Under the pieces are notes generated by a model, which saw nothing but the letters and a program-made list of their open reading frames with translations, was not told the origin of the DNA and ran no database searches. From Seison nebaliae (Eukaryota): a DNA stretch of 64,000 bases. The position numbers and the translations under genes are program-made. Location: positions 1 through 64,000 of the forward strand of contig JALJEE010000928.1 in NCBI GenBank assembly GCA_023231475.1, given 5' to 3'. Numbering within the stretch: position 1 is the stretch's first letter; every line of letters starts with the position of its first letter. Below, in pieces: positions 26,778 to 40,252 of this stretch.

Positions 26778-26873
26778 TAATCTTATTTAAAATGGATCGA
26801 TTGTCTATCGGATGGATTAGATAAATTAAATTATTAATAATTAACAAAAATTGGAGAAAGAAAGAAAATTAAA

Positions 26874-28076
26874 TTATGATGAATGAGAATTGTCAATGGT
26901 CAAATGAGATAATCGATTGGAAGTTCTCCATTTCATCATTGCTTCATATGATTCCATTGAAATTCCATAAATTTCATTCAATTCCTTCACATCACATAAT
27001 TGTGTAAGACCTAATCCGTTGAGAGAGTAACAGGTATGATAGAAATCGACCGCTTTACCCGGTTTATCACGAAAACCACCCGAAATAGTTTGTGCACATA
27101 TTAATATGTAATCTCTCAATGCTGTTCGATTAAGTAATTGTAATTTTTCGTTATTTCCATAATAATCCGGTAAGAATTTCTCTAACAGAATAAATGTACC
27201 ACCTTGCCAAAATGAATAACAACTGTCAACCAATTTATTCGTTCTACCGTTTAAACCGCCTTCATAAAACATTTGACGTTTAACGAGCCATCTAATCAAT
27301 GAATTGATGTGAGAACGTTCTAATGAATTCAAAAGTTTCAACGCAGCTACCGAACAAAATGTATATCCGCCATGTGCTTCGATTGTAGGTGTAGCTCCAA
27401 AACCTCCTTCATATGTCTGACATTGTAATATGAAATTAATAATCAATTCTTTCCGATCATTATCAATCTCATTGATATTGTCTAATAACGATAGAACTGA
27501 TAAAACACAATATGATCCACGTACGTCAATTTCACCATCAACTTGCATATGAAATCCACCTGATACATCTAACATCTTCATGAAGAAATTGAAAATCGAA
27601 TTTCGAATCGATCTCAAATATTCATATCCTTCTTCCAATTTCAAAATACAAATGGAATTGACTGCCGCATAAGTAGATGCGACATGTGCTGCATGAAGTG
27701 GTGAACCACCAAATGATCCATCTCTTTCATTGAAACATCTTTTCAAAAATTTCAATAATCGATATCGTAAAACTTCATTCAATTCTTCTTTTAACAAATC
27801 TAAAGAATTGATCAGCCAATAAGACATCCATACACGACTCGGTTCCATAGTCTGCCAACCGGTGGGTAATAATTCCAAATGTTGACGTACAAAATTCACA
27901 TGTGACTCGAAATGAATTTCAGATAAATGTTGTTCTTTTTCAAAATATTTCTCAAATTCTTCATAAATTATTAAAAGAACTTCCGATTCCTGTTCTTCTG
28001 TTGTACATCCATTTATCGGTTCCACTAACGCCTCACTCACATCAATTCTATCGTCGTATAATTTTGCAGAGAACAT
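26874..28076 (-). CDS. FNTB: Protein farnesyltransferase beta subunit (intronless)
   Basis: SRVWMSYWLINSL, HVASTYAAV, EAHGGYTFC, GRTNKLVDSCYSFWQ, DKPGKAVDFYHTCY. Confidence 0.95.
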   Translation of the reverse strand: MFSAKLYDDRIDVSEALVEPINGCTTEEQESEVLLIIYEEFEKYFEKEQHLSEIHFESHVNFVRQHLELLPTGWQTMEPSRVWMSYWLINSLDLLKEELNEVLRYRLLKFLKRCFNERDGSFGGSPLHAAHVASTYAAVNSICILKLEEGYEYLRSIRNSIFNFFMKMLDVSGGFHMQVDGEIDVRGSYCVLSVLSLLDNINEIDNDRKELIINFILQCQTYEGGFGATPTIEAHGGYTFCSVAALKLLNSLERSHINSLIRWLVKRQMFYEGGLNGRTNKLVDSCYSFWQGGTFILLEKFLPDYYGNNEKLQLLNRTALRDYILICAQTISGGFRDKPGKAVDFYHTCYSLNGLGLTQLCDVKELNEIYGISMESYEAMMKWRTSNRLSHLTIDNSHSS

Positions 28077-28550
28077 AATCGAGAATTTTTATGAAAGAAT
28101 TTTCAGAAGTAATTTAGGAGAGTATTGAATTGGGTCAATTTGCTAAAGATTTAAATTTGAAAAGAATTTGAATGAAATAAAATTTATAAAATTATTGTCA
28201 ACCATCAAATATTATCCATATCGATAAGGACAATTCAATCATTTAATCTTACGATTATTCAATTCAAAAAGATTTTCTTTCTAATGTTGGAAACACTTAA
28301 CATGGATATTTATAGGAAAATTTTTGGCATCATCATATTTTGAGAAGATTTGAGAGGAAGTTAGAAAGGGAGAAGATTAATCGATTAAGAAAATAAAATA
28401 AACAGTTGAATAAGTTTGAATATAAATCTTATGGAGTATATGAAGAGACAAAAGAATATTTGACGATTTGACGATTTGACGTTAATTCTTTTGATGAAAG
28501 AATTTTATTAAATAAGTGTGAATAATAATAAGAAGAAAAATTCATATTTG

Positions 28551-31500
28551 TTATTTGAAAGAAATAAAACTATCGATCTCTATCAATGAATCATAACCAT
28601 CTTTTAATAGACAGATATATCTGCAATCACACCATAATAGGAAATTTATCAATTTGTTCGTAAAAGTAATTTGATCATCGTCAGGAATAATTATTTTCAC
28701 TTTTTTCGTGAGATCGACATCTGGTTCTTTGGATTGATTGGGAAGAAGTTGACAATTCTTTTGTCGATCCACATATTTCTTTGAATGATAAGGGAAGAGA
28801 CTTTTCTTCGTTTTCTCACCTTTCCCTTTAGTATTCGGAGTATTTCCATTAGGATGTCTCATAGGCGAGAGAGAGGAAGAAGATGATGAATCGTCATTAT
28901 TTTTCATTGAAACTATTTCGTCCGGTTTACTTACAATGAACTGTTTAATCGAGTTCATTATGTGGAAGAAAGAATTATATTTGGATGTATCGTTAAACTG
29001 ATCAATATATTCCATAGCGATGGCCAATATCCGATAGAATTGTGCGGATGGATCATATTTAATTGATTCGTTATTCTCATTTAATTTCCAAGGGGATTCT
29101 ATCCCAAAACTAAACAGACTATTCTCGACATAAACATAGAGATCTTCGAATAGTTTCTGATCGAAATTCAAATGATAACTCTGATGGATATGTGACATCT
29201 GAAATCTGATTATACATTTTTAAATTATGAGGATATTAATAATTTAAATTAAACTTCTTTTCACTTCTCGAATCGATGAGAATGATGTGAATAGATGGTT
29301 CATATGTAGCTAAGGATAAATGTCCGGCATTTATCATCAATTCTTTCCATTCCTCATGTAATTCATTCGCTTTCTCTAACGGATTACTACCGAAATGTCC
29401 ATTATTGCACACTAAAAAAAATTGTGGAAAAATATTCGTTGAAATGTGGAATGAACTTGATGGATTTTCTTTTATCATCAAACGGTAGACTTCCAATGCG
29501 GAAATGGTACAACAAACGTCTATTTGTATTTCATGGAAAGGACGATAATGATCTTTCATCTGATGGAAATGAATTATAAGAAAGGAGTATATAATGAATT
29601 GTGAACTATTTTATCGATCTTTTTATCATCAGGAAATGGAATGAAATTATTCGATTTCAATACTTCAAATTGTTTCCTGCTATTATTACAATCATTAAAA
29701 TTCAATTTATTTATTTCTTTTCCATTTCGTTTATCTCTCAAAAAATTTCTTTTCATTTCTTGTTCGAACGAAAAGAATCGTTGAAGACAACTAAACGGAG
29801 TTCGATTTTTCAATTGAATTGCCATCGATGTGCAATGTTCAATATCCACATCTAATACCGTTAAAATCCTTCAGTTATGATATTGGATATGTTATCAAAC
29901 CTGGCAATTCACCAAACAATAGAATACATTCATTGAATTCAGATTTGAGGAACATTCGTCGCAATTGAAGGAGAAGTGAAATGCCGATACATATTGGAAA
30001 AGACGAATCATTCAATAACAATTGATCCCAAACATAAAATATTTGATAAAGAGGAAAAACATCTTTAAAAGGAAATTTATTAGAAATATCACAAAATAAA
30101 CTAACGTGCAAACATTGTTAAGAACCAAGGAATTGCATAAAGATTTGGAACGAAATTAATTGCTTTTAAATGATTCGCTAATTCGGGATCATGGAATGAT
30201 AAGAAATTTTTGAAAACAGCCAAATATTCTATGAATCAATATATATTTATAAATTAAGTTTGAATATTGAATAATAAAAGTGAACCTTGAATGACGACGG
30301 TATTATCTTCGATGAAGAAATAGTTGAGATATCGAGGAATAAATGCATTCAATGAATGATAAGCGAGTGCCTCATTCCCAAAATGTAAATGGACGAATGG
30401 TGCCGTCAACGAATCTAATCCTTGCCAATACGTTAAACCGTCATGAGACACACACCATGATAATAATATGCGTTTCAATATTTGATGTGCAGTTGGTGAT
30501 GCCATCAATTCATCATATTGATGACAACGAGGAACATCCACTTCGATTTGTTTGGTTGATGGATTTGGATCGATGCGATTGATGGATTTGTAGAATTCAA
30601 TAAGGTTATTATAAGGAATTGCTAATAAGACCATCCATGTGATTTGTCGTCGTTTAGATGGAATTCCATGGAGAGATATTTCATCGAATATCGTCTTTCG
30701 AGAAATGGGTAAAATGGATAAAAGTCGATCAATTCGATTACATCGATTCATTTGATAAGCGATATTCGTTTCTTTCACAGCAGCTGGTAGATCGTTGATT
30801 GATGAATTCTTCACATTCATCTCATTCTCGAAAAGTAATTGACAATGTTTTCTCACTTTATCGTTGTTGTTGATTGTCATAAGACTAAATATCTCCAATT
30901 TGTCATCAATAAATTGTTGGATTTCTTTCGAATTTTTCACTTCATCTAATTCGGAATGAAATGGATAGAAGATATGTTTGTCATAATCTTCCAATTGATT
31001 AATTAATGTATCAACATTAACGATAAGTATTTCATCATTAAATAAGGATGATGTATCTCTTCCCATTCCATACATCGATCCATCGCTCGTGATCAATTCA
31101 GGGAGACGTAATATTGATGCTTGTGAAGGTGTCATACGACCTGAATGTTCGAGAACAGTGAATGGATCACCACCTGATAATCTCCAATAATAATAAATAT
31201 CATCTAGAGAATGTTCTTTGTAGAAGTGATCACTCATTCCTTGACAATGTTTCTCTAATCGAAGAAATGCCTCTTCTGTTTTCTCGTTATCGATCTCTTC
31301 ATTATTCACATCATCGATCCAATTGAATTCGGAGAATATTTCCAGATCATCATCAAGAAATGAATATCGATCATTTATAAAATCACTTCGACATTTCACT
31401 TCATTGTCCAATTGAACTTGAATAATATCAAATGATTTCTCAATAAATTGATAATTCATTATATTTCCATTCTCAATAACACCATTCTGATTTAATAACT

Positions 31501-32578
31501 TAAATATTGGATGTCTCCATAACTCTCTGGTACTCGCTCTTTTCGATGGCATCAATTGGAGACAACGACAAATGAAATCATATAACGGTTTCGGTATATC
31601 ATTCTCATCCAACTGTAAATCATTACAAATAATGAATAACGGATTCTTCCACAAAGCCTTCTGTCTGGAAATTATCCATTTCAATGGTTTCTGATCCCAC
31701 AGCTTCTTTGACGCGACTAACTCCAAACAAATTACTCCCATCGACCAAACGTCTAATTTCTTCGTTAAATATTTATCTTGTCTTTGATATTTCTCTTGTT
31801 GATGATCGTTATTTCCATTTCCTAATGAACTGCTACTGATTATCGTCTCCAATTCTCTCACGTCGTCAATTAGAATATCATGTAACTGATCGGAATGTTC
31901 GCCCATCAGAAACCGTTTCATTTCCTCCGCCATCGACATCCATCTTTCTGGTGCCATATATTGAGGATAAGCAACAGGGAATTCGACCAATTCCCCATAA
32001 TCCGTCGAATGGAATACATTCCAATTTGTCACTTTAATTTCATTTTCAATTATCAGACAATTATTCAATGATATCAATCCATGAATTATTTCATTCTCAT
32101 GAAGATATTTAACAGCCGATAATAATGAATGAATTACCCAAACTAATTCTCCATAATGAAATTTACAATTATCCATCGAATAATCTTCTCCATTCAACGA
32201 ACATTTATCAGATGTCATCCATCGATAATCTATATCCATCAATATCGATCTTCTCGTTATTTCTTTAAGTAAATTGTCGTCGGAATGCTCCTGAACAACT
32301 ATCAAATTCCCCTGACGACGCAAAACGTCAATAATTTGTACTAAATTCTTTTGTTTCCTTAACCATCTCGTTTGTTGTGCTCGTCCCAAAAATTGGATTG
32401 ATGAGGACACTGCCGGCAACCCATTCAAATCACTCAGACTACTATCATTCTGTTCAACTATTTGAATTTCATCTTTGAATTTTCCTTTAAGCTTCTCATT
32501 GTCAACTTTCCATGATGCATTTTGAACCTGATAATTCTCTGCTGCATGGATCAACAAAACACCAAATTCTTTTCCCAT
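28551..32578 (-). CDS. TBCK: TBC domain-containing protein kinase-like (pseudokinase-TBC-rhodanese)
   Basis: Kinase-like N domain (YMAPE, DVWSMG), TBC motifs [12 protein letters not shown] and YWQGLDSL, C-terminal rhodanese-like IDSR...ICLLKDGY. Confidence 0.92.
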
Positions 32579-33114
32579 TATCGCATCAAATCATCTGACT
32601 TGAGAGGTAAAAGCTAAAAATTCTACAGTTTCTTTTCTTCCTAACACTTTCCTTTTCACATTCCTAAAATTCTTAAAATTTATTCTAAAAACCAATTAGT
32701 TCAAAGTCTAAACTTAACACTATTTATGTAATAGGCAAAAATTGTTCCGGAGAAAACTAAAAAAATTTGCTTGATACAAAAAATTATAATTTTAATGTTC
32801 TGCAGTTTTATGTACGAATGCCTAAATGAAAATTCAATAAATTTAATAAAAGAATGTTCTTCCAAAAAATAGTGATATTGCTGGGAATTTTATTGTTATT
32901 TTATCGGTTAATAATGTCGGAAACTAGAATTGAGACAAAAAAGAATGATTGTTAAAAAATAATCGACTTGATGATGTGGCGAAGAAGAGCACAAAGAAAA
33001 CTAATAAGTTGAGAAATTAATTGCTAGTGAGTGTTTAATTAAAAACTCTTTCTGTTTTCAAAATTAATCACCGTTATTCCACTGTTTGACGATAATAATG
33101 TCAATAATGGTTCT

Positions 33115-33517
33115 TCAAGGTATATCTGGATGTGGTTTACTTTTGCACATATCAGTCGATACCTTCAACGTCGGATCACATATACATCCACAATTGGTGC
33201 ATTTCTTATCAGCTGATATGGAAAAGAGAAAATAAGTGAAGGGAATTGGGGAAAATGGATGAAACTTTTTGAAGATTTATGACTACCCTTCTATCGATAT
33301 TTAAAAGAGATTTAGAAGAGAATTAGTTCCAAAATTCTTTAGATTGTTCGAAATTAACTTGAAATGAGAGAATCGACTTAGGATTTCCACAAGGTACACT
33401 CATTTTAGCCGGAGTGCAATCGATGGCTGGTGGAGCGCTCGGAACTTTTTGGTTACATTGCGGAGGATTAGAAAGGCATTTACCTGTCGACTTACAGATA
33501 CCAGCAGTGCAAGACAT
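33115..33517 (-). CDS. Small cysteine-rich protein (~93 aa, 11 Cys, 3 exons)
   Basis: Exons 33517-33359, 33290-33266 and 33212-33115 give MSCTAGICKSTGKCLSNPPQC...CGNPKSILSFQKGSHKSSKTDKKCTNCGCICDPTLKVSTDMCKSKPHPDIP. TATA box at 33613-33620. Confidence 0.6.
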
Positions 33518-33868
33518 GAATAACAACAAATAAGAAGAGACAGAAGTAAAAGAGAAAACAAAAATCGAAAAGAATTCCTAACCCGATTAGTGTTCAATTT
33601 AGTTGACGTGTATTTTTATATGATTCTTATTCTCCTCCATTTCAATTTTCAATTAATAAGAATAATTAGATGAACATTAATTTAATAAATAAAAAAGGAG
33701 AAATTGTAAATTGATTCAGAATAAACTTTTTTCTTCAAATACATAAGAAGATAAGAAAGAAATAGAAATAAACTGAATTTTAACGGATGATATGACGACG
33801 GATACTTTCCCATATGTTCATTATACGAACGAGTGATAGAAGAAAATAAAAAAGTGAGACACCGGAAA

Positions 33869-35875
33869 TCAACGAAATATATATTCGTTTATCTCAATGT
33901 TATTCTTCTGACAATTTCGTTTGAAGAGATGCATTGCTTTGATTTGAGTGAACTCTTTCCTACCATTCGAAGTGAATGAAGAGGTCGATGACGCAGGAGT
34001 TGATTGACGATGAGGAAATATCGAGAATACTTTGGGTGGATTAGATACGATTTTCTTATGATATACTATTTTTTCCAGTTTCGCTAAGGCGTTTGTTGAT
34101 GGTTGTTGTGTAGTTGAAGAGATGGTCGATGATTCGGTGGAGGATTCCATGGAGGAATTAACAGATGATGATGAAACGCCTTCATCAGATTCTTCGAAAA
34201 ATGTCAAATTTTCTTCTCGAACAATATGATGCTTGGAAATATGGTTCTCATATGAGGAGCGAAGTTCAACAAAATCGTTATTCAAATCAAAATTCAATAT
34301 ATCTTTATGTAAATAATTTATAATATTCTCTATCAATGAATAATATCTTTCCAAGATTTGTCTTGTCGATATTTGTTCAGTTCTCCAATTGACATTCTTC
34401 TCTTTGAATGCACTAATATAAATTTCTTCGATATCATCCTCCTCAATGATGGTATGGAGACCAGTTCGGTCAAACGGAGCCGATTTAATGATTGGTGACA
34501 TTGTTCTTCGTTGAACGTCCTCTGTATTCATTTCCTTATTCATTTCAGTTCGATGATTTTCATTCTCATTCACTGAATTATCTTCAGAATTATAATCAGT
34601 TTCGTTATGATGTAATTCTGATGGTTGACATTGTTTATCTGTCGCGTCTCCAATAAAATCTGTCATATCACTATCATTATTTTGGGTGACGACGGTTGAT
34701 GTTGTGGTGAGTTTCCTCAATTGTTCATGTCGATGACTCAATGGTAATTGGTAAATGTTGTCGATCGTATAATGTGAATAATCATTGAGAACAAGAATCT
34801 GTAATCTTTTCGGTAAATAGTTATACAATTCGGAGACGATACATTTCTCCGATTTACATTGTTCTTCATTCGAACTTCTCTGATCATTTTCTGACGATTG
34901 TGAAAATTGATGACTTTTATGAGTGGGAGAATTACCATCTGATGTTGCACTCGGCTTATGTGGGAATTTGTTACGTTTAATTGAGAAGAATTTATTTTTC
35001 TTTTTAGTCGGATTCAATTTTTCGTTGAAACTTCGCATCGATTTATCGTCTTCCAATGAAAGAGAACGCCGAAAATAATATTTGAATCCTTCGTAATCCA
35101 TATCATTCTCGTTCACATTAATAGTGGATGGGATTATTTCATTTTTATTAATCGACAAATCGTCATCATAACGGGTTGATAATGGAATATTAGGGAAAGG
35201 TAATTCAGTCGATGATATTGTAGAATTCTTATGACTCGAATAATCATGTGTATCATTCATATCGAACAAATCTTTTATATTCGATTCATTCACTTTACTA
35301 ACTCTGAGAGAATTACATAAATTTTGCGATGCCGAATGTAAGCGACGTCGGAGAAGTTGTAATGAAGCTAAAGCATTCGATAATGTCTCACGTAAAACTT
35401 CTTCCATTTGTTCAGCATCACGCACCGTTTGACAAAGTACGGCATGACAACGTAATTCCATTCTATGTCGAATAGTTATCGTTGGAATTTGTTTCGTCTC
35501 AATCTTCGAGGTTTTCGTTAATCGATGATGTTGCACCGGAATCTCATGACGATAAATCCAGACGAATAATCGTTTATATTGTGAATTATATGAACCACTA
35601 AAATATTTGATTTGTTGTCCGTGATAAATAGTTTTGCCTTGATCGTGCGTATAAGCTTGAAGAGATCCTCCATTCGATATATTCAACTTCATTTTCAAAC
35701 TCGTTTTCCCATTATTCGTACAATGGTGCTTCCAGAGCATATCTACATGATTATCGATGAACTGCTCATGTTTCAAGATGTGTGTGACGTGGATGTTACC
35801 CAGATAAAGCGTGTCACAAGCGAATTCATCTTTCGTGATTTCCAGTTTAGCCGATCGTCGATGTGAAGTCAACAT
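33869..35875 (-). CDS. FAM43: FAM43-family PTB (PID) domain protein with long low-complexity tail
   Basis: LYLGN, KMKLNIS, LFVWIYRHE, LRCHAVLC match the FAM43 PTB domain. First ATG at 35875. Confidence 0.8.
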   Translation of the reverse strand: MLTSHRRSAKLEITKDEFACDTLYLGNIHVTHILKHEQFIDNHVDMLWKHHCTNNGKTSLKMKLNISNGGSLQAYTHDQGKTIYHGQQIKYFSGSYNSQYKRLFVWIYRHEIPVQHHRLTKTSKIETKQIPTITIRHRMELRCHAVLCQTVRDAEQMEEVLRETLSNALASLQLLRRRLHSASQNLCNSLRVSKVNESNIKDLFDMNDTHDYSSHKNSTISSTELPFPNIPLSTRYDDDLSINKNEIIPSTINVNENDMDYEGFKYYFRRSLSLEDDKSMRSFNEKLNPTKKKNKFFSIKRNKFPHKPSATSDGNSPTHKSHQFSQSSENDQRSSNEEQCKSEKCIVSELYNYLPKRLQILVLNDYSHYTIDNIYQLPLSHRHEQLRKLTTTSTVVTQNNDSDMTDFIGDATDKQCQPSELHHNETDYNSEDNSVNENENHRTEMNKEMNTEDVQRRTMSPIIKSAPFDRTGLHTIIEEDDIEEIYISAFKEKNVNWRTEQISTRQILERYYSLIENIINYLHKDILNFDLNNDFVELRSSYENHISKHHIVREENLTFFEESDEGVSSSSVNSSMESSTESSTISSTTQQPSTNALAKLEKIVYHKKIVSNPPKVFSIFPHRQSTPASSTSSFTSNGRKEFTQIKAMHLFKRNCQKNNIEINEYIFR

Positions 35876-37881
35876 AGTTTTATTTTGTTGAATAATTTCC
35901 AACTATTCGACGACTTTTAATTTCTATGTCGTTCTTCTTTGCCGATGTCCTTCGTTGTTGACAGTTCATTGACAGTACTCACGAGATACCTTCCCTTCTA
36001 GATTAATCATATAACATTAGTCTGAAACTTTAATGAATATGAAGAATATCGAAAATTCATAAATGATAAAAATTAATCAATAGGAAATGATCTTTGGGAT
36101 GAAGTCAACGGAATTGTTGAAAGTAAAAACATTTCTTATGTCCATTCATAATTTTTCATAAATTTTCGTTGAAGAGAAATGAAATGGAAATGTTGGAATA
36201 AACAAATAGGAGAAAGAATTATATTTGAAAGAAAGTAATTATGATAAAACGATTCTTAATTCTGACAATTTTCTTTCCTTCAGCTAACTCACAGAAAAAA
36301 CGAAACAAATTGACTAAAAACTGATTCATCTTCATCCGCTGTGATGCGTACGAGAAAGGAAAGGATGATATTCTTCAAAAAGAAGATAACGAAATGTTTA
36401 AAATTATCGTAATAGTTCTAGCTTATCTTCTTCTTCATTTTTACCTTTCTATTCCAACATACACCTACTTAATTGATTTTGGTCGGATAAGAATTTATAT
36501 TTTTCTTCATCTGTTTCATGCCAATCTTCAAAATTAAAAAATTCCTTTTAATTCATCTCAAATTTCATCTACAAATATTAGAAATTGCCTTCGAACTAAA
36601 AAATGGTGCCTGTAATTAAGTAAAATATCGATGGTAATTTTACCGTAATATTTCTTTTTTATGTGCAAAGCAGCACGTACGTCTCCTAATCTCTCATGAA
36701 CATCTATCATGAATAAACGAATTTGCAATTCCAACATCCTCGGAATTGAAGCAGACAACAAAAATATCAATTACTCTCCAATATTTACTAGTTTCAATTA
36801 ATATGATATATGATTCTTAATTTCGTAAAGTTAGTTCAAATATTTATCGAAAGATTAAGAAGGAGGAGTAGGAGGAAGAAGAACCATATCTGATTCATAT
36901 TATCTTCCATCTATTTAGATATCTAGCGATCTAATCGAGAAATATATGAAAATGATACTTATTCCCAAATTCTATTCGATCATTTAATGAATGGGGCGGG
37001 AGGTGTTGATGAAGGAAATGAAAGAAAACCGGATAGTTGTTGTTGGGAATGTTACATCATCCTCATCAACTAGAGAAGAATGATGGGAAAGAAGAATGGG
37101 AGAAGATGCTCCATTTTTAGAAATATTTCTCTTCAAATAATTTCCGAACAATACGTATATAGTTACATCAACAATATGTGATTAAAAGGAGAAGACGTAG
37201 GAAAAGAATGTAGGTGTGTACATAATATGAAGTAATAATAATAACTTATTTTTTATAATTTTCTTTAACAATTAATGATAATAATAATAATTATTCAACT
37301 ATTTTATTGTTGAACAACAATAAAAAAAAAAGTTGAAGTTCAACTAAACTATTAGACAAAAAGTCAAATAAGAAATAGAAGAAATTTTTGAGAATCCGAG
37401 TGGGTGGTGCTTCACTTTTTCATCGGAACCGCAATTGCCAAATAAAAGAAAGAAGAAGAAGATGTAGAAGATTGAGCAAACAAGTCAAGGACAAGTTATA
37501 ATTTGATTCATCAAAAAAACTATCTTCCTTCTAAAATATTTGTTCGACGTAATCATACAAATTTCTACGTACATTTTATTCAAATCACCTACAACTATCG
37601 ACGATAAAAAGAGAAATAAACCGGAAAATTTTAGGACCGACAGAGATTCCCCAAAAAAACTGTACGGAAATAATTCAAACTCATAAATAGAAACATGTTC
37701 TCAATTATTAATATTATGATCATTTGAATCATTTTCGTATTATCATTGTAGTTCGTCAGTACCATCATTTTCATTGATGAATAAATAATCTTAAATCGAA
37801 ATGTTAAATAAATGATTTCAGCTGCCAAATGAAGGATAAATCAATAATCACTAAACATATATTTCCATTTCAACATTAGCT

Positions 37882-37894
37882 GTTACTAGGCAAC
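37882..37894. promoter_or_regulatory. Candidate RFX X-box
   Basis: GTTACTAGGCAAC, a 13-bp X-box variant, in the intergenic region between FAM43 and the orphan at 38651. Confidence 0.45.
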
Positions 37895-38650
37895 ATCGGC
37901 GTGCTTAGTTTCATTATATCAAAAGCAAAGAGAAAGATTTTTGAAAAAAAATTAAATGTGTTGAATTAAATCTTACTCTCTTTCTAATTTTACATACATC
38001 GATTCTGTATCACTTAACATGCACAACGAATTAATCGACTGAAGTAACTGAAAATTTTAATTTTATTGAAATAATCGATTATTCTTATCATCCGAATTAA
38101 CGTGTCCGGTACGCGATCATACCTTTTAATGAATAAACCGAATTGAATTATCTTCCTTCCCCCCCATTCACTTCCTATGAATTTTTCTCAATTATTTTTG
38201 TCTTTGATGAACATTCGAAAAGAAGACAAATAATGATGAATACGTCGTCGAAACATAGAAAAAAGTTCCGAGAGGAAATCGAAGAGAAATAAGTGTTTCC
38301 TCGCATTCGTTCACTTTCTGTCCCATCTTCACATTCATCTACCATTCCACTCACCATCACTCAACTTCATTTTCAATATTTTAGCTCAATTCATTAATTA
38401 TGCTCTGACATATCACTGACATTTTATTCGCTCCATTTAAACTGGACTATTTGTAGGAAGTGTCAAATATAATTCTAATAATTCGACAATTGTGGAATGT
38501 CATTCAAAATTAATGGAAAATTTTTAAATTTGTAATAAATTAAATCTTGTTTTTAAAATTAAACATTTTTCTTAAATTCACTTAAATGGGAAATATGTTA
38601 AATAAATAAAATTATTCTTCTCTCACAACAACAACAGCTAATGAAGTGTG

Positions 38651-40196
38651 ATGTCTATTGGGAAGATAACAGATAATATTAAACTGAAAACTATTCATTC
38701 TTCAGCGTATCAGCAACATTCATATTTGTTAATTTTATGTATTCGACAACAATCGATTGCCAAATCACCATCTGTTGATCATTTGGTTGATAATGAGAAG
38801 AAACGTTCGACACATCCAATATTTGTTGACGTTAACTATTTTTATTTTCATATCTTCTCACTCCTTCACAAAATTACCTTTCAGGTATTCGTTCCGATCG
38901 ATTTGATTTATTCATCGAAGTCGTTAAGAATTACTTTGAACAAACACCTTTACTCATCGAAAGAACAATTGAAATATTTTCATCAACAACGAAAAATTAT
39001 TCCTTTCTATATTTTCGGTTTCTTTCAATCGAATATAATTGTTGAAAGTTTAATTAACTAATTAAATGAATAGATACGAACAAGATAGATAATTCTCGAA
39101 AACAAAATTACAGTTCCTCTTTTTCTTCTTCTTCTTATCGATTAATTGACATAATTTATTCTTGATCAGATGTGGAATATGAAAAAATTCTTCTCATTCG
39201 TACTTGGGTTAGTAATATAGTGAAATTGAAGAGGAAGACAAATAATTCTAAATTCAGAATTTTCAATCGTTACGTATTTTGATGAAGAATGATGACGATT
39301 TTGATCGATTTGGTTTCATTAGTAACAATCGTCAAGTTCATAATACGGATGAACAAGTATCTCTAGGATTCCTCAAACGTCTCGTCAATGAAACGGTTGG
39401 GAATTTAAGTGAATTATTCGGATTTATGGAGAAGATCATTCAACTCGATTTCAATAAGCAAACGGATAAATCTTATAAGAATACTATCGATTTCACCAAT
39501 ATCAATAATGTAATCAATGAAATATTTCCATTGAATAGTTGAGATTTTACTACTTTTATTAAATCTTCATTTTCCCCATTATTATAGATGAGAAGGAAGC
39601 AGTGAAGAATTTACGTACCAGAATTTTAATGTTTGAAATTAAAAGTTTTATTACGAATGTCTTATTTTCCCAGATCATTCCTCTATCTAATAGATATTTC
39701 ATCGATTCCAATTAACTTTCAAGAAATTAATACCACAAAAAATCTGTTGAAAAATATTTTGACAATTTTTCAGTTGGTGAAAGAGAATGGTGTCCAATAT
39801 CTGGAATTGGTTCATGCTCTGCTCATTTATTCAGCGTATTGGCTCGAATTGAAATGGGAAATCTTCGATTATAATTCATCTTTCCTCTCATTCCTTCTCA
39901 TCAATTTGTTCGACAATTTCGAAACTTTCCTGTACCGACTATCAACTGATGGAAATGAAGATGTGACTAAATGTTTTGAGGCGAACCATGTGGATGTGGA
40001 AGAGAAAACTGCATTACCGTCGTTAATGGTAAAAAACGATTTTCCACTTCCTTCATTCTACTTCAATGAAATTCATCCATTAAGATCAAGATATATTAGC
40101 AAAGAAGATTACGTCGAGAATGTGGGAACGGAAAAAAGTCAAATTGAAATGATCAATGAATATTTCTCTCGATCGAACAATAAACAAAATTATTAA
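38651..40196 (+). CDS. Uncharacterised protein (about 7 exons)
   Basis: Six GTT-AG introns join the ORF fragments at 38648, 39279 and 39633 into one frame. No family recognised; start uncertain. Confidence 0.55.
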
Positions 40197-40252
40197 GTTT
40201 TCCTTTCCATCAGAATTATTAGATGACAAATATAAAATAATTATTAAAAAAT

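Noticed and set aside
33411..33420. TGCACTC metal-response-element core in the Cys-rich gene
   Set aside because: It lies inside the CDS on Cys-Thr codons and is expected by chance.
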